DNA of 64,000 bases from Deltaproteobacteria bacterium (GCA_029262415.1 JAJCZL010000038.1:6137-70136); one strand, 5' to 3'. Shown: positions 10,058 to 18,882, counted from the first letter of the stretch. Translations and numbers: made by a program. The notes: a model not told the origin generated them from the sequence alone.

Positions 10058-10945
10058 CTATACCAGCAGCGAGAGGTTGGGGGTGGGCGGCCTTTGTGAG
10101 TAGTCGTAAAAGCCGAGCTGGGACTTGCGCCCCAGGGTTCCTGCCGCGACCATCTTTTTGAGCAGCGGGGTGGGCGCCATGTAGTCTTCGCCGAAGCTCT
10201 CAAACAGGTTGCTTGCCATCGCGTTGACGATATCAAGACCGATATAGTCGGCCAGCGCGAGCGGTCCCATCGGGTGGTTTGCGCCCAACTGCATCGCGGT
10301 GTCGATGCCGGCGATATCGGCGAGCCCCGACTCCAAGCAACGGATCGCGTCGCACATGTAGGGCGTGAGCAGGCGGTTAACGATAAAACCGGTCTTGTCT
10401 TTGACCAGAACCGGGGTCTTGCCGAGTCTCTCGACGAACGTGATCGCGGCTGCAGTTACCTCTGCCGCGGTGGTCTCGGTCGGGATCACCTCGACCAGCT
10501 TCATCATCGTCGCCGGGTTAAAGAAGTGCAGACCTATAAAGCGTCCGGGGCGGTCGGTCCCGTTCTGCATGGCGGTGATGTTGAGCGTCGAGGTGTTGCT
10601 TGCCAAAATCGCCTCTGGCCCCATCAGCTTGTCGGCCTCGGCGAACTTTTGTTTTTTTGTGTCGAGGTCCTCGATGATCGACTCAATGAAAAGGTCGGCA
10701 TCGGCGGCCGCGCCGAGATCATCGGTGAAGGTGATGCGCTCAAGCGCTTGTTCGGCGGCGATCAGCTCGATCTTGCCTTTTTCGACCAGCCGCCCGAGAC
10801 CTTTCTCGATGCCGGCGCGGGCTTTGTCGGATGGACCGGGAGTGGCCTTGATCATTGCTACTGTAATCCCGTGCGAGGCGGCCACTTCGGCTATACCGGC
10901 GCCCATCTGGCCGCCGCCCAGAATCGCGATTCGTTTGATTTCCAT
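10058..10945 (-). CDS. 3-hydroxyacyl-CoA (3-hydroxybutyryl-CoA) dehydrogenase
   Basis: N-terminal IAILGGGQMGAGIAEV Rossmann motif and HFFNPATMMKLVEVI. Confidence 0.85.
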   Translation of the reverse strand: MEIKRIAILGGGQMGAGIAEVAASHGITVAMIKATPGPSDKARAGIEKGLGRLVEKGKIELIAAEQALERITFTDDLGAAADADLFIESIIEDLDTKKQKFAEADKLMGPEAILASNTSTLNITAMQNGTDRPGRFIGLHFFNPATMMKLVEVIPTETTAAEVTAAAITFVERLGKTPVLVKDKTGFIVNRLLTPYMCDAIRCLESGLADIAGIDTAMQLGANHPMGPLALADYIGLDIVNAMASNLFESFGEDYMAPTPLLKKMVAAGTLGRKSQLGFYDYSQRPPTPNLSLLV

Positions 10946-10969
10946 CCAGAGGAACTCCTTAAGGTTCTG

Positions 10970-12124
10970 TCAGTCGTTGATGCTGAAGATCGGAAACCAA
11001 CCGACCTTGCCGTCTCGGTAGTCTTTGAAGAGCTGGGGGATCTCTTCGTAGCTGTAAACTTTGCCTTCGAGCGGCGGCAGCCAGTGGTGTTTCTCGGCGA
11101 ATGCGACGGCGTCCAGGCCCTGGCTGTATTTCGCGTAGTGGGTGTGGACGTGCTGATGACGTGCAATACATTCTGTCGCACGTACCATTTCGATCAGCAT
11201 TCCTTCTTTCCAGCCCGCGGTCGCGATCACGCCTTCGCGAGCCAGCGCTTTGAGTGTTGCGCGCAGCACCGGCACTCCGACGAAGTCGAGGAAAATGTTG
11301 ACGTTGTTGCCGCCGGTGATCTTCTGCACATGGGCCATGAATACTTTTTCCGCGGCGATGTAGCGCTCGGTGTACTCCTCGTCTTTGCGGAAGCGCGATT
11401 TGTCGTAGTAGAGGTCTTTGAAGCCGCGGCGGTCCAGCGGCCTTATGCCGAGGGCTTCGATAGCACTCAGGCGCTCGTCGCTCGAGGCAATTTGCGTGGC
11501 GTCGCAGCCGTAGTGCTTGGCCAGCGCCAACTCACCCATGGTTACGCCGCCGCCCCAGCCCCAGGCGACGGGGTTGGGCAGGTCTTTTTCCGGAACCAGC
11601 AGCCGCAGGGTTCCGTAAGCCAGCTCCCAGTTCGACCACGCAGTAATGTAGCGCAGCGAGAACGCCGCCCATTGCTCGCGCGTGTGCGTGGAGTTCTCGG
11701 GGATCGCGATCACCTGTTGCTGGTGAAGCTTCTGCTTGCGCGCAAGCACGCCCATGGTGCCGGGAGCGTCGTAGGCGAAGATGCGCTCGGGGTAGCCGTA
11801 CTTGTCCCAAACGCCGTTGCAAAACAGCAGCACCTCTTGGCCTTGCTTGCAGGTGGTGACGTTGGCACCGACCTTGTCTACTCGCATCACGCCGGCGTTG
11901 CCGACCACGCAGGTCTGCTCGCCGCGAGCCCGGCAGATGTCGATCGGTTTGCGCTCGACCGCGTGGCCCATGTTGCCTTCCATGCAGCCGAACAGCGGGC
12001 TCACCAGTACTTCATCGGGCCCCGGGTCTTCAAACTCGAACGCTTCCAGTGCGAGCTCGGTCGCTTGCGGTGCTGCGCCTTTGTCACCCGGGTGTAGCAC
12101 CCACGCTTCGGTCTTGATCGTCAT
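10970..12124 (-). CDS. Crotonyl-CoA carboxylase/reductase-like MDR-superfamily oxidoreductase
   Basis: Collinear resemblance to Ccr enzymes (RFRKDEE...ITGGNNVNIFLDFVG; C-terminal DGKVGW). Start taken at MTIKTEAW (12124); the track ORF's 64-aa N-extension is rejected. Confidence 0.5.
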   Translation of the reverse strand: MTIKTEAWVLHPGDKGAAPQATELALEAFEFEDPGPDEVLVSPLFGCMEGNMGHAVERKPIDICRARGEQTCVVGNAGVMRVDKVGANVTTCKQGQEVLLFCNGVWDKYGYPERIFAYDAPGTMGVLARKQKLHQQQVIAIPENSTHTREQWAAFSLRYITAWSNWELAYGTLRLLVPEKDLPNPVAWGWGGGVTMGELALAKHYGCDATQIASSDERLSAIEALGIRPLDRRGFKDLYYDKSRFRKDEEYTERYIAAEKVFMAHVQKITGGNNVNIFLDFVGVPVLRATLKALAREGVIATAGWKEGMLIEMVRATECIARHQHVHTHYAKYSQGLDAVAFAEKHHWLPPLEGKVYSYEEIPQLFKDYRDGKVGWFPIFSIND

Positions 12125-12287
12125 TGAAAGCGCTCCTGAGACACCGCCCGACGGCCACCCGTCAGAGCGATAGTGCGGGCCTAAGACACTGTATCTGTGC
12201 GGCTTTCCCGGCCGCGTGAACCGCGCTTGTAGCGCAAATGCGCGGGTAGGTCCACCCGGGCCGGACTCACCCCGGACTAGAGATAAC

Positions 12288-12327
12288 CAAAAAAAACCCC
12301 GTGCCCGCAAGGGCACGGGGTTTTCCC
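12288..12327 (-). terminator. Rho-independent terminator. 10-bp GC stem (CCCCGTGCCC / GGGCACGGGG) with a GCAA tetraloop, flanked by A8 on one side and TTTT on the other, so potentially bidirectional.
   Basis: Read directly from the sequence. It lies 30 nt downstream of the stop of the 12357..14510 minus-strand gene, and on the minus strand the hairpin is followed by T8. Confidence 0.8.
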
Positions 12328-12356
12328 GTTAGAGTATCAGCCTAAGCTGAACCCGG

Positions 12357-14510
12357 TTAACGTCCGCAGTTACCGCCGTTACCGACGAACTGCTTGGTAG
12401 CAGGCGAATCGCAGAACGCCATGATCTCGAAATCGGTCGCGAGGCGTCCAGGACCGGCCAAGCCGGCTGCCGTGTTGACCGACGAACCCGCCGCGCCCAA
12501 ACCTGGGATGCAGAAGTTGCCTGCAACCGTGGTCTGCTGCTGCGAGGGGTTACCGCTCACAACGATGTCCGGCAAGAAGCACGGACGCGCCGTCGTGATT
12601 GTGCAGTCGCCGCAGTCGCCGCCGCATTCGGGATCGATGATGGCGCAGTCAGCGTTGGTGGCGCAGGCCAGATAAGGATCGCCACTTGCGTGCGTGATTG
12701 CATCGCAGAAGCTGCTGGTCTTGGTCGGGCAGTGCCCGGTTAAGCCGTCACCGTCGTCGTTGCAGACGAAGGCGTCGGTGTCGCAGTCGTTCGGGAGGCG
12801 GGCAACACCCGTTCCGTTACTGTCGCAAACCCCGGCGCCAACGCCGGAGCAATCGGCGTCGACGTTACACGGAACCGTCGAGTCGAGCGAACACGTCGCG
12901 CACTGGCAGTCGAGCACGTTGCCGGGACCGCAGGCTGCGTCTCCGGTGGTGGCCGTATCCGACAACACCGATGTGCCGGTGTCGAACGTCAGCGTGAGTT
13001 TCAGGCCCGTACCCGAAAGGTTTGACCCACCAGGACTGCAATCGTAGCTGGTCGAACCAAACCCGTCGCTCAGCGAGATCGCGTTGACGTCGCAGGGATT
13101 GCCGTTATCCGGACCGCCGTTGCAGGTGCCGCCACGAACGCCGTCGTTCGCAGTCGGGTCGCCGTCGCAGCTCGAGCAGGGGTGAGTATTAGTCAGTCCG
13201 CTGAAGATGTTCGACGTGTTTCCGACTGTCGTGGCCGACTCACCAGTGCCGGCGTTGGCCGTACCGGCCACCGAACTTAGAACGTTATCGATGCAGACCG
13301 GCGTGTTGGCTGAACTCAACGCCAGCGGCGGGCCGAAGCGCACCTCACAAATGTTGCCAGCGCAGTCATCGGCGTCGGCAACAAACGGCTCGTCGCAACG
13401 GATTGTGTTGTCGTTTGAGCAACGGTTGCCTTCGAACTGCGGATCAATGGCGATCGCACAGGCCGAGCAATCCGGGCTGCCCGAGCAGTCCAGGCTGACG
13501 TGACTGAGGAACTGACCGGGGAGGTCGACGCCGTGTGAGACGCCCTTGAAGCCGGTATCAAGGTTGGTGCCGGAAACGCGTTGGGCCGCAGCGTTGAACG
13601 CGCTAACCAGACGAATCTGCGCCGAAACCGGGCACTGCCCGCCTTCCCAGCCCTGCTGGCCGAGGCCTTCGTACAGGCTGCGAACGTGTCCGGCGCGGAC
13701 CTGGCCGAGCGCGGCAAGAGCAGCACCCGAATCGCCGATCGTGGAGGCAAACTCCGCACCGCCGGCAACGCCGAGCGCTTCAAGGTCTGCAGTGGTGCAC
13801 TTAGCTTTCGCGCCACCCGGAAGGGCGTCGGTCAACTTAGTCTGGGCACCGGCGACCTTGCCTTTGGCATCTGAGCCGAAGCAGCCGTAGCCCGGGTAGT
13901 TACCAGGCGAAGTTACCTTGGCGAGGCCCTTCTCGATCGTCGCCTGGCACTTGCCGGAATCTTTCAACGCCGTGGCAACGAGTTTCCCAACTCCCTTAAA
14001 CAGCGTGCCCGAGCATTTCTGCGCGTCTTTCGAAGCCGGAGTTACCGGCACGGAGCGGAAGATGTCACGTAAGGTGTTGACAGTCTGCTTTTCGGCGAGG
14101 TCGCCGAGGCAAGTCGCCAACTCAGCGAGGGTGGTTACGGCACCGCTGCCCGGTGAGGGGCAAACGCCACCGTACAAGGCGAGCATGTCGTCCTCGTAGG
14201 TGCCGGGTCCGGCGTTCTTACACTTGGCTGCCGAGCCGGTCAACTTAGTCTTGGCTTTGACGGCCTTGCTCTTGGGGTCATAGGCGGCAGGGACGTAGCA
14301 GCCCGAACCGTCGCCGCCGGCCTTCAGGTCGTTCTTAAAGCAACCGCCGACGCCCTTTTGGACGGTCGCGGCCACTTTGCCCATTCCTTTTTGGAAGCCG
14401 GCGCGGCACTTGGCCGAATCCTTGTCGATTGTCAGCACAGCGCTGGCCGATGTCGCGAACATCAACGCGACTGCGGTCACGCCGAGCGTGAGGTACCCAC
14501 TTCTTCTCAT
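12357..14510 (-). CDS. Secreted cysteine-rich repeat protein (717 aa). Signal peptide, two ~130-aa Lys/Gly-rich N-terminal repeats, and a C-terminal Asp/Gly/Cys-rich region resembling Myxococcus-type cysteine-rich repeats.
   Basis: N-terminal MRRSGYLTLGVTAVALMFATSASA signal peptide. Internal repeat KCRAGFQKGMGKVAATVQKGVGGC / KCSGTLFKGVGKLVATALKDSGKC. Strong RBS AGGAGGA upstream of the ATG at 14510. Followed by its own terminator. Confidence 0.7.
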   Translation of the reverse strand: MRRSGYLTLGVTAVALMFATSASAVLTIDKDSAKCRAGFQKGMGKVAATVQKGVGGCFKNDLKAGGDGSGCYVPAAYDPKSKAVKAKTKLTGSAAKCKNAGPGTYEDDMLALYGGVCPSPGSGAVTTLAELATCLGDLAEKQTVNTLRDIFRSVPVTPASKDAQKCSGTLFKGVGKLVATALKDSGKCQATIEKGLAKVTSPGNYPGYGCFGSDAKGKVAGAQTKLTDALPGGAKAKCTTADLEALGVAGGAEFASTIGDSGAALAALGQVRAGHVRSLYEGLGQQGWEGGQCPVSAQIRLVSAFNAAAQRVSGTNLDTGFKGVSHGVDLPGQFLSHVSLDCSGSPDCSACAIAIDPQFEGNRCSNDNTIRCDEPFVADADDCAGNICEVRFGPPLALSSANTPVCIDNVLSSVAGTANAGTGESATTVGNTSNIFSGLTNTHPCSSCDGDPTANDGVRGGTCNGGPDNGNPCDVNAISLSDGFGSTSYDCSPGGSNLSGTGLKLTLTFDTGTSVLSDTATTGDAACGPGNVLDCQCATCSLDSTVPCNVDADCSGVGAGVCDSNGTGVARLPNDCDTDAFVCNDDGDGLTGHCPTKTSSFCDAITHASGDPYLACATNADCAIIDPECGGDCGDCTITTARPCFLPDIVVSGNPSQQQTTVAGNFCIPGLGAAGSSVNTAAGLAGPGRLATDFEIMAFCDSPATKQFVGNGGNCGR

Positions 14511-15074
14511 TTTCTCTCTTTCCTCCTAGCGATTTTGACCCCGATTAGGGGATTGGCAGCGGGATAGTTCCCCCCACCGATTGGCTGAGTATCGTTGGCC
14601 GACGATAGGGGCCGATCCAGGCCCTTGTCAAGGGAAATCTTATGCGCTCGCGCACAAGGTTTGCGCCCCACTCGGGGTGTGTTTATGCGGGTTTGTCTAC
14701 GACGCGGTGCGCAGCGAAGCTGCTCCCGTTCCCTTTGGTGTCAAGGTAAATTCGGGTCGCTGCACAGCGCTTCGATGCATGCCCGCAATAGGGCTCCCAC
14801 GTACTCGAAATTCCAGCGCTTTTAAGAGCCCCTGGTCCTCCCACCGGCCTGCGCTGTTGGCCGCGAATGCAGCCCCGTACGGTGTTTGTCCCGCCAGTCA
14901 GCGCGCCGGCCCCGCGCTTAAGCGAAATACCGCGACCGACAGCAACCCCGCGGTGGCAGCGCCGCCGGCGAGCATCGGGCGCTGCCGCAAGAGAAAAATA
15001 CAGCGTCCCGCAACCGCGGCCGCGGCCGCGCCGCTCACTCACTCGGGGGTCAGCGTTCGTCTTCGCCCGCCGAT

Positions 15075-15761
15075 TCAGGCCGAGTAGCCCATGGTCGTAA
15101 GGAAGCTCTGCAGGTCTTTAAAGCGCATATAGGGGTTGCTCGCCTTTTCTTGGCCGATGGTCGAGGAGCTTTGCGGCGCGTAGTTGTGGCCGGGCAGAAC
15201 GATGGTTTCATCGGGCAACGCCTGAAGTTTCTGCGTCAAGCTGTAGTATAGGTCGCTCGGTTCGCTGCCGGGAAGATCTACGCGTCCGCACGCACCGATA
15301 AATAGCGTGTCGCCGCTGACCAGATTTCCGTCGACCAGAAAGCATTGCGAGCCGGGCGTGTGGCCCGGGGTGTGGATAAACCGGATGGGTATACGGCCGA
15401 CATTTACAGTGGTCTCTCCGTCCACCGCCACGTAGTCGCTCGACTCCAGCCCGGTGGTCTGTGCGACGTAGGGGGCTTCGGCTTTGTGGATGTAAACTTT
15501 GCTAGGTGCCTGCTCCAGTAACTCGGTGATTCCTTGAATGTGTTGACCCATGAAGTCGCCGCCGATGTGGTCGGGGTGGTAGTGGGTGACCAGCGCGCCG
15601 GCCAGTCTCATGTCGTCTTCGGCAAGTATGTTGAGTAGCGAGTCGATGTCCCAAGCGGGATCGACGATGAATGCCTCGCGCGTCTCCGGGTCTCCGATCA
15701 AATAGACGTAGTTGTCCATTGGGCCGCACAGGACTTGCTTAAGATAGATACCGTCGCTCAT
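15075..15761 (-). CDS. MBL-fold metallo-hydrolase (glyoxalase-II-like)
   Basis: THYHPDHIGG (HxHxDH) plus downstream His/Asp ligands. Start taken at MSDGIYLKQ; it overlaps the upstream gene's stop by 4 nt. Confidence 0.75.
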   Translation of the reverse strand: MSDGIYLKQVLCGPMDNYVYLIGDPETREAFIVDPAWDIDSLLNILAEDDMRLAGALVTHYHPDHIGGDFMGQHIQGITELLEQAPSKVYIHKAEAPYVAQTTGLESSDYVAVDGETTVNVGRIPIRFIHTPGHTPGSQCFLVDGNLVSGDTLFIGACGRVDLPGSEPSDLYYSLTQKLQALPDETIVLPGHNYAPQSSSTIGQEKASNPYMRFKDLQSFLTTMGYSA

Positions 15762-16396
15762 TTCTTCTTCTTTCCTACAGGTTTCACGCGAGCTTGCCCG
15801 GGCGCTACCAGGCCATGTTGCCACAGCGTCTCGGCATGTCCCGTCTTGGTGGCGATCCAACGGGCCTGGACGAACAGCAGGTCGCTCAGGCGGTTGAGGT
15901 AGCGTGCAGTCCAGGCGCTGGTTTCTTTCGCTTCGGCGAGTTCACACGCGATGCGCTCGGCGCGGCGGCAAACCGTGCGCGCGATGTGCAGCGCGGCTCC
16001 CGCTGTGCCGCCGGCCGGCAACACGAACGATTTGAGCGGGGCCAGGTCGGGCTGCAGCGCGTCGATGAAGCTCTCTAGGCGGGTGACGTGTTCGGCGCCG
16101 ATCTCGATCATGCCGTCGTAGGCGGCTGCCCGAGGCGTAGCCATCTCGCTGCCGAGGTCGAAAAGTTCTTGCTGAATGAAGGCGAGGGTGGCGTCGAGCG
16201 ACGCAGCGGCCTTCTTGCGCGCGTAGGGTGGCTCGGCAAGCAGTCCACGTACCAGCCCGATAACAGAGTTGAGTTCGTCTACATCTCCGTAGGCGGCTAT
16301 GCGCATACTCGATTTCGCAACTCGTTTACCGCCGACCAACGCGGTCTTGCCGTCGTCGCCGGTGCGGGTGTAGACGCGGTTGATACGTATCGCCAT
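15758..16396 (-). CDS. ATP:cob(I)alamin adenosyltransferase, PduO/MMAB type
   Basis: N-terminal IYTRTGDDGKTALVGGKRVAKSSMRIAAYGDVDELNS, characteristic of PduO-type adenosyltransferases. Confidence 0.8.
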   Translation of the reverse strand: MAIRINRVYTRTGDDGKTALVGGKRVAKSSMRIAAYGDVDELNSVIGLVRGLLAEPPYARKKAAASLDATLAFIQQELFDLGSEMATPRAAAYDGMIEIGAEHVTRLESFIDALQPDLAPLKSFVLPAGGTAGAALHIARTVCRRAERIACELAEAKETSAWTARYLNRLSDLLFVQARWIATKTGHAETLWQHGLVAPGQARVKPVGKKKK

Positions 16397-16400
16397 CAGT

Positions 16401-17528
16401 TCACCTCCCGACCCTGGACTCGACCAACTCGATCAGGCGGTTGGGGTCGATCGGCTTTTTGAAGATGACGTCGCCGAGTCCTTCGGCCTTCGAGCGCTTG
16501 ATGACGTGGTCCTTGTCGAAGTAGTACGCGGTCATGAGCACTACCGGCAGGCCGGGGTGGCGAACGCGAATTTCCATGAACAATTCATGACCGTCCATGT
16601 CGGGCATGCACACGTCGCTCAACACCATATCGACGTCCGCGCGTTCGAGGTAGCGCAGCGCCTCGGTGCCTGACGGGCAGGTGATTACGTTGCAGCCCTC
16701 GGCAGTCAGCAGGTCGGCCACCGAGGCGCACGCGTCGCGGTCGTCGTCGATAACCAGCACACGGCTGCCCTGGAGGTTTGCCGTGTGTTGACTTGAGGCG
16801 GGCTGGGCTTCGGTGGTCTGCATGCCGAGATCGGTCATCATGCGGCCGGGAAGATACTCGGTGGTTTCGTACAAGCCTTCGTCGGCCAGTTCGCCGACGC
16901 GTTCGACGATCGACTGAATGCGGCGCAGTGCGCGGTTAATCGTCTCAACACGCTCGTGGAGTTTCGGGTAGTCCTCGCGGCTGGCGTGTTCCTTTAAATA
17001 ACGTTCAACCAGCGCCGATTGGTTGACCGCGGTTTCCAGCGGGGTGTTGACCTCGTGGGCGAGGCTGATCGCCAACTCGGCCATGGTAATTTGGCGGTCG
17101 CGGCGGCGCATCTCGCGGATGTCTTTGGCAAACCCGATGCTGCCCTGCTCGCGGCCGCGCTCGTCATGGATGATCGATCCCGAGATTGAGACCGGAACTT
17201 CCTCGCCGCGGGCGTCGTGAAAGGTGGATTCGAAGTTCTTGACCCGGCCGGGACCGTCTTGGTCGCCGTCACGCATGGCCTGCATGACACGCCTGGCCTC
17301 CTCGGGCGAATGGTAGAATGAGTCTACGTGTCGGCCGAGTACGTCTTCGTCACGAAAACCGAGCGTGTTGCGCGCGCCGTCGTTGTAGAAGATGACCGTA
17401 CCTTTGCGGTCGACCGCGATGACGATGTCGGGGGCGGTTTCAAGCAGTCGTTCGAAGTAGACTTTTGGCAGCTCTTTCAAGCGATCCGTCAGGGTGGCTG
17501 CGCCGTTTGGCTGGACCACGCACGACAC
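16401..17528 (-). CDS. PAS-HisKA-REC signalling protein lacking an HATPase_c domain (phosphotransfer- or phosphatase-type histidine-kinase-like protein)
   Basis: PAS region, H-box AISLAHEVNTPL, then directly a receiver domain (VLVIDDD...DMVLSDVCMPDMDG...KKP). No N/G1/G2 ATP-binding boxes anywhere. Confidence 0.65.
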   Translation of the reverse strand: MSCVVQPNGAATLTDRLKELPKVYFERLLETAPDIVIAVDRKGTVIFYNDGARNTLGFRDEDVLGRHVDSFYHSPEEARRVMQAMRDGDQDGPGRVKNFESTFHDARGEEVPVSISGSIIHDERGREQGSIGFAKDIREMRRRDRQITMAELAISLAHEVNTPLETAVNQSALVERYLKEHASREDYPKLHERVETINRALRRIQSIVERVGELADEGLYETTEYLPGRMMTDLGMQTTEAQPASSQHTANLQGSRVLVIDDDRDACASVADLLTAEGCNVITCPSGTEALRYLERADVDMVLSDVCMPDMDGHELFMEIRVRHPGLPVVLMTAYYFDKDHVIKRSKAEGLGDVIFKKPIDPNRLIELVESRVGR

Positions 17529-17642
17529 GCGGGCGTCGCGAATCCGTGCATGGTAGGCCCGGGCCGGGGGGCGGTCAAGGCAGCCTAGGTCAAGGCATGT
17601 GCGCTTTAGGGTGAAGCCGGGCGTTTACCTATAGCCAGGTTA

Positions 17643-18164
17643 GTGGCCGGCGTGCGCATTTGTAATAATCGCGAGCGGTCGAGTCACGGCCGGCGGCGGC
17701 TCGCAGTGCGTAACACGTTTCAACCCAAGCGCGTAGGGATAGTGGCGATTGCCGCCTTGTGTGCGCTGATACTTGCCCCCGCAGCTGGGTGCTACTGGTT
17801 TCGCTACCGCGAGATCGCGGCTACGCATCTAGAGATCATCGAGCGCATGGCGCTCGATGCCCGTGAAGGCTACCTCACATTGGGGGCGTCGACATTGACC
17901 CCTTCGGATTTAAAGCGACTGGCCTATCCGCACGAGCGTGCCGTGAGGTTCTTGGAGGTCGTTGCCGGCCGTCGTCCCGATAGCCGGGTGCTCGGCGACT
18001 TAACCATAGTGGTCGAGCACTATGGTCAGTTGGTGGCCTACCTGGATACCTTGCGCGGACAACCTCCAGACCCAGCCACGCGCGAACGGGTCGTGTTCAT
18101 GACCGACGACGTGGTCCGCGCCTCACGCGTGCTCGCGGCCACGCTGGCGTCGGGCGCGAAGTAG
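17643..18164 (+). CDS. Hypothetical protein, probably a lipoprotein (start uncertain)
   Basis: Hydrophobic segment IVAIAALCALILAPAAGC with a lipobox-like AAGC. No recognisable family. Confidence 0.35.
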   Translation: MAGVRICNNRERSSHGRRRLAVRNTFQPKRVGIVAIAALCALILAPAAGCYWFRYREIAATHLEIIERMALDAREGYLTLGASTLTPSDLKRLAYPHERAVRFLEVVAGRRPDSRVLGDLTIVVEHYGQLVAYLDTLRGQPPDPATRERVVFMTDDVVRASRVLAATLASGAK

Positions 18165-18165
18165 T

Positions 18166-18220
18166 GACGCTGCTAGACGCTGCGTTACTATCGAACGCTC
18201 GACGCTGCTAGACGCTGCGT
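18166..18220. repeat. 20-bp perfect direct repeat GACGCTGCTAGACGCTGCGT, two copies (18166-18185 and 18201-18220)
   Basis: Seen directly in the sequence. The second copy overlaps the stop codon and last four codons of the transaldolase gene. Confidence 0.8.
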
Positions 18221-18882
18221 AGCTTGGTGTCTTCGCGGGCTTTTTCGGCTTTGGCGTGGTCGGCCAAGAACGATTCGAGTCCGCGATCTGTGAGCGGGTG
18301 CCTGAAGAGTTGGCGCAAGACGGCGATCGGGCAGGTTGCGACGTCGGCGCCCATTTCGGCTGCAGTTATAACGTGCGCGGGGGTGCGAACGCTGGCGACC
18401 AGTACCTCGGCGCGGTAGTCATAGTTATCGAGGATCTCGATCAAGCTTTGCACTATGGCCATGCCGTCCTCGCCGACGTCGTCGAGGCGTCCAACGAACG
18501 GACTAAGGTAGGCCGCGCCGACTTTCGCTGCGAGCAGACCTTGGGCCGGTTGGAAGATCAGCGTGACGTTTACGTTGATGCCCTCATCGGCGAGTATTTT
18601 GGTCGCGGCGACGCCGGCGGAGATCATCGGAATTTTTACGACGACGTTGGGGTGAATCTTGGCGAGCCTACGGCCTTCGGAGACCATCTCGCCGGTTTCG
18701 GTGCCTATCACCTCGGCGCTGATCGGTCCGTCGACAATATCGAGGATCTCGCGGAGGTTCTCTTCGAGCGTGCGACCCGACTTTGCGACCAACGACGGGT
18801 TGGTCGTCACTCCGTCGACGATGCCCCAGGCTGCGGCTTCGCGGATTTCTTCGATGTTTGCGGTGTCGATGAAGAACTTCAT
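18208..18882 (-). CDS. Transaldolase / fructose-6-phosphate aldolase family (short TalC/Fsa type)
   Basis: N-terminal MKFFIDTANIEEIREA with the catalytic-Lys region VVVKIP. Start taken at the internal Met (18882); the track ORF extends to 19029. Confidence 0.8.
   Translation of the reverse strand: MKFFIDTANIEEIREAAAWGIVDGVTTNPSLVAKSGRTLEENLREILDIVDGPISAEVIGTETGEMVSEGRRLAKIHPNVVVKIPMISAGVAATKILADEGINVNVTLIFQPAQGLLAAKVGAAYLSPFVGRLDDVGEDGMAIVQSLIEILDNYDYRAEVLVASVRTPAHVITAAEMGADVATCPIAVLRQLFRHPLTDRGLESFLADHAKAEKAREDTKLRSV

Noticed and set aside
10274-12097. 607-aa plus-strand ORF
   Set aside because: It is antisense to the Ccr-like and 3-hydroxyacyl-CoA dehydrogenase genes and has Arg/Gly/Val-rich, low-complexity composition. 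It is a typical shadow ORF in high-GC DNA; the minus-strand genes have clear homology.
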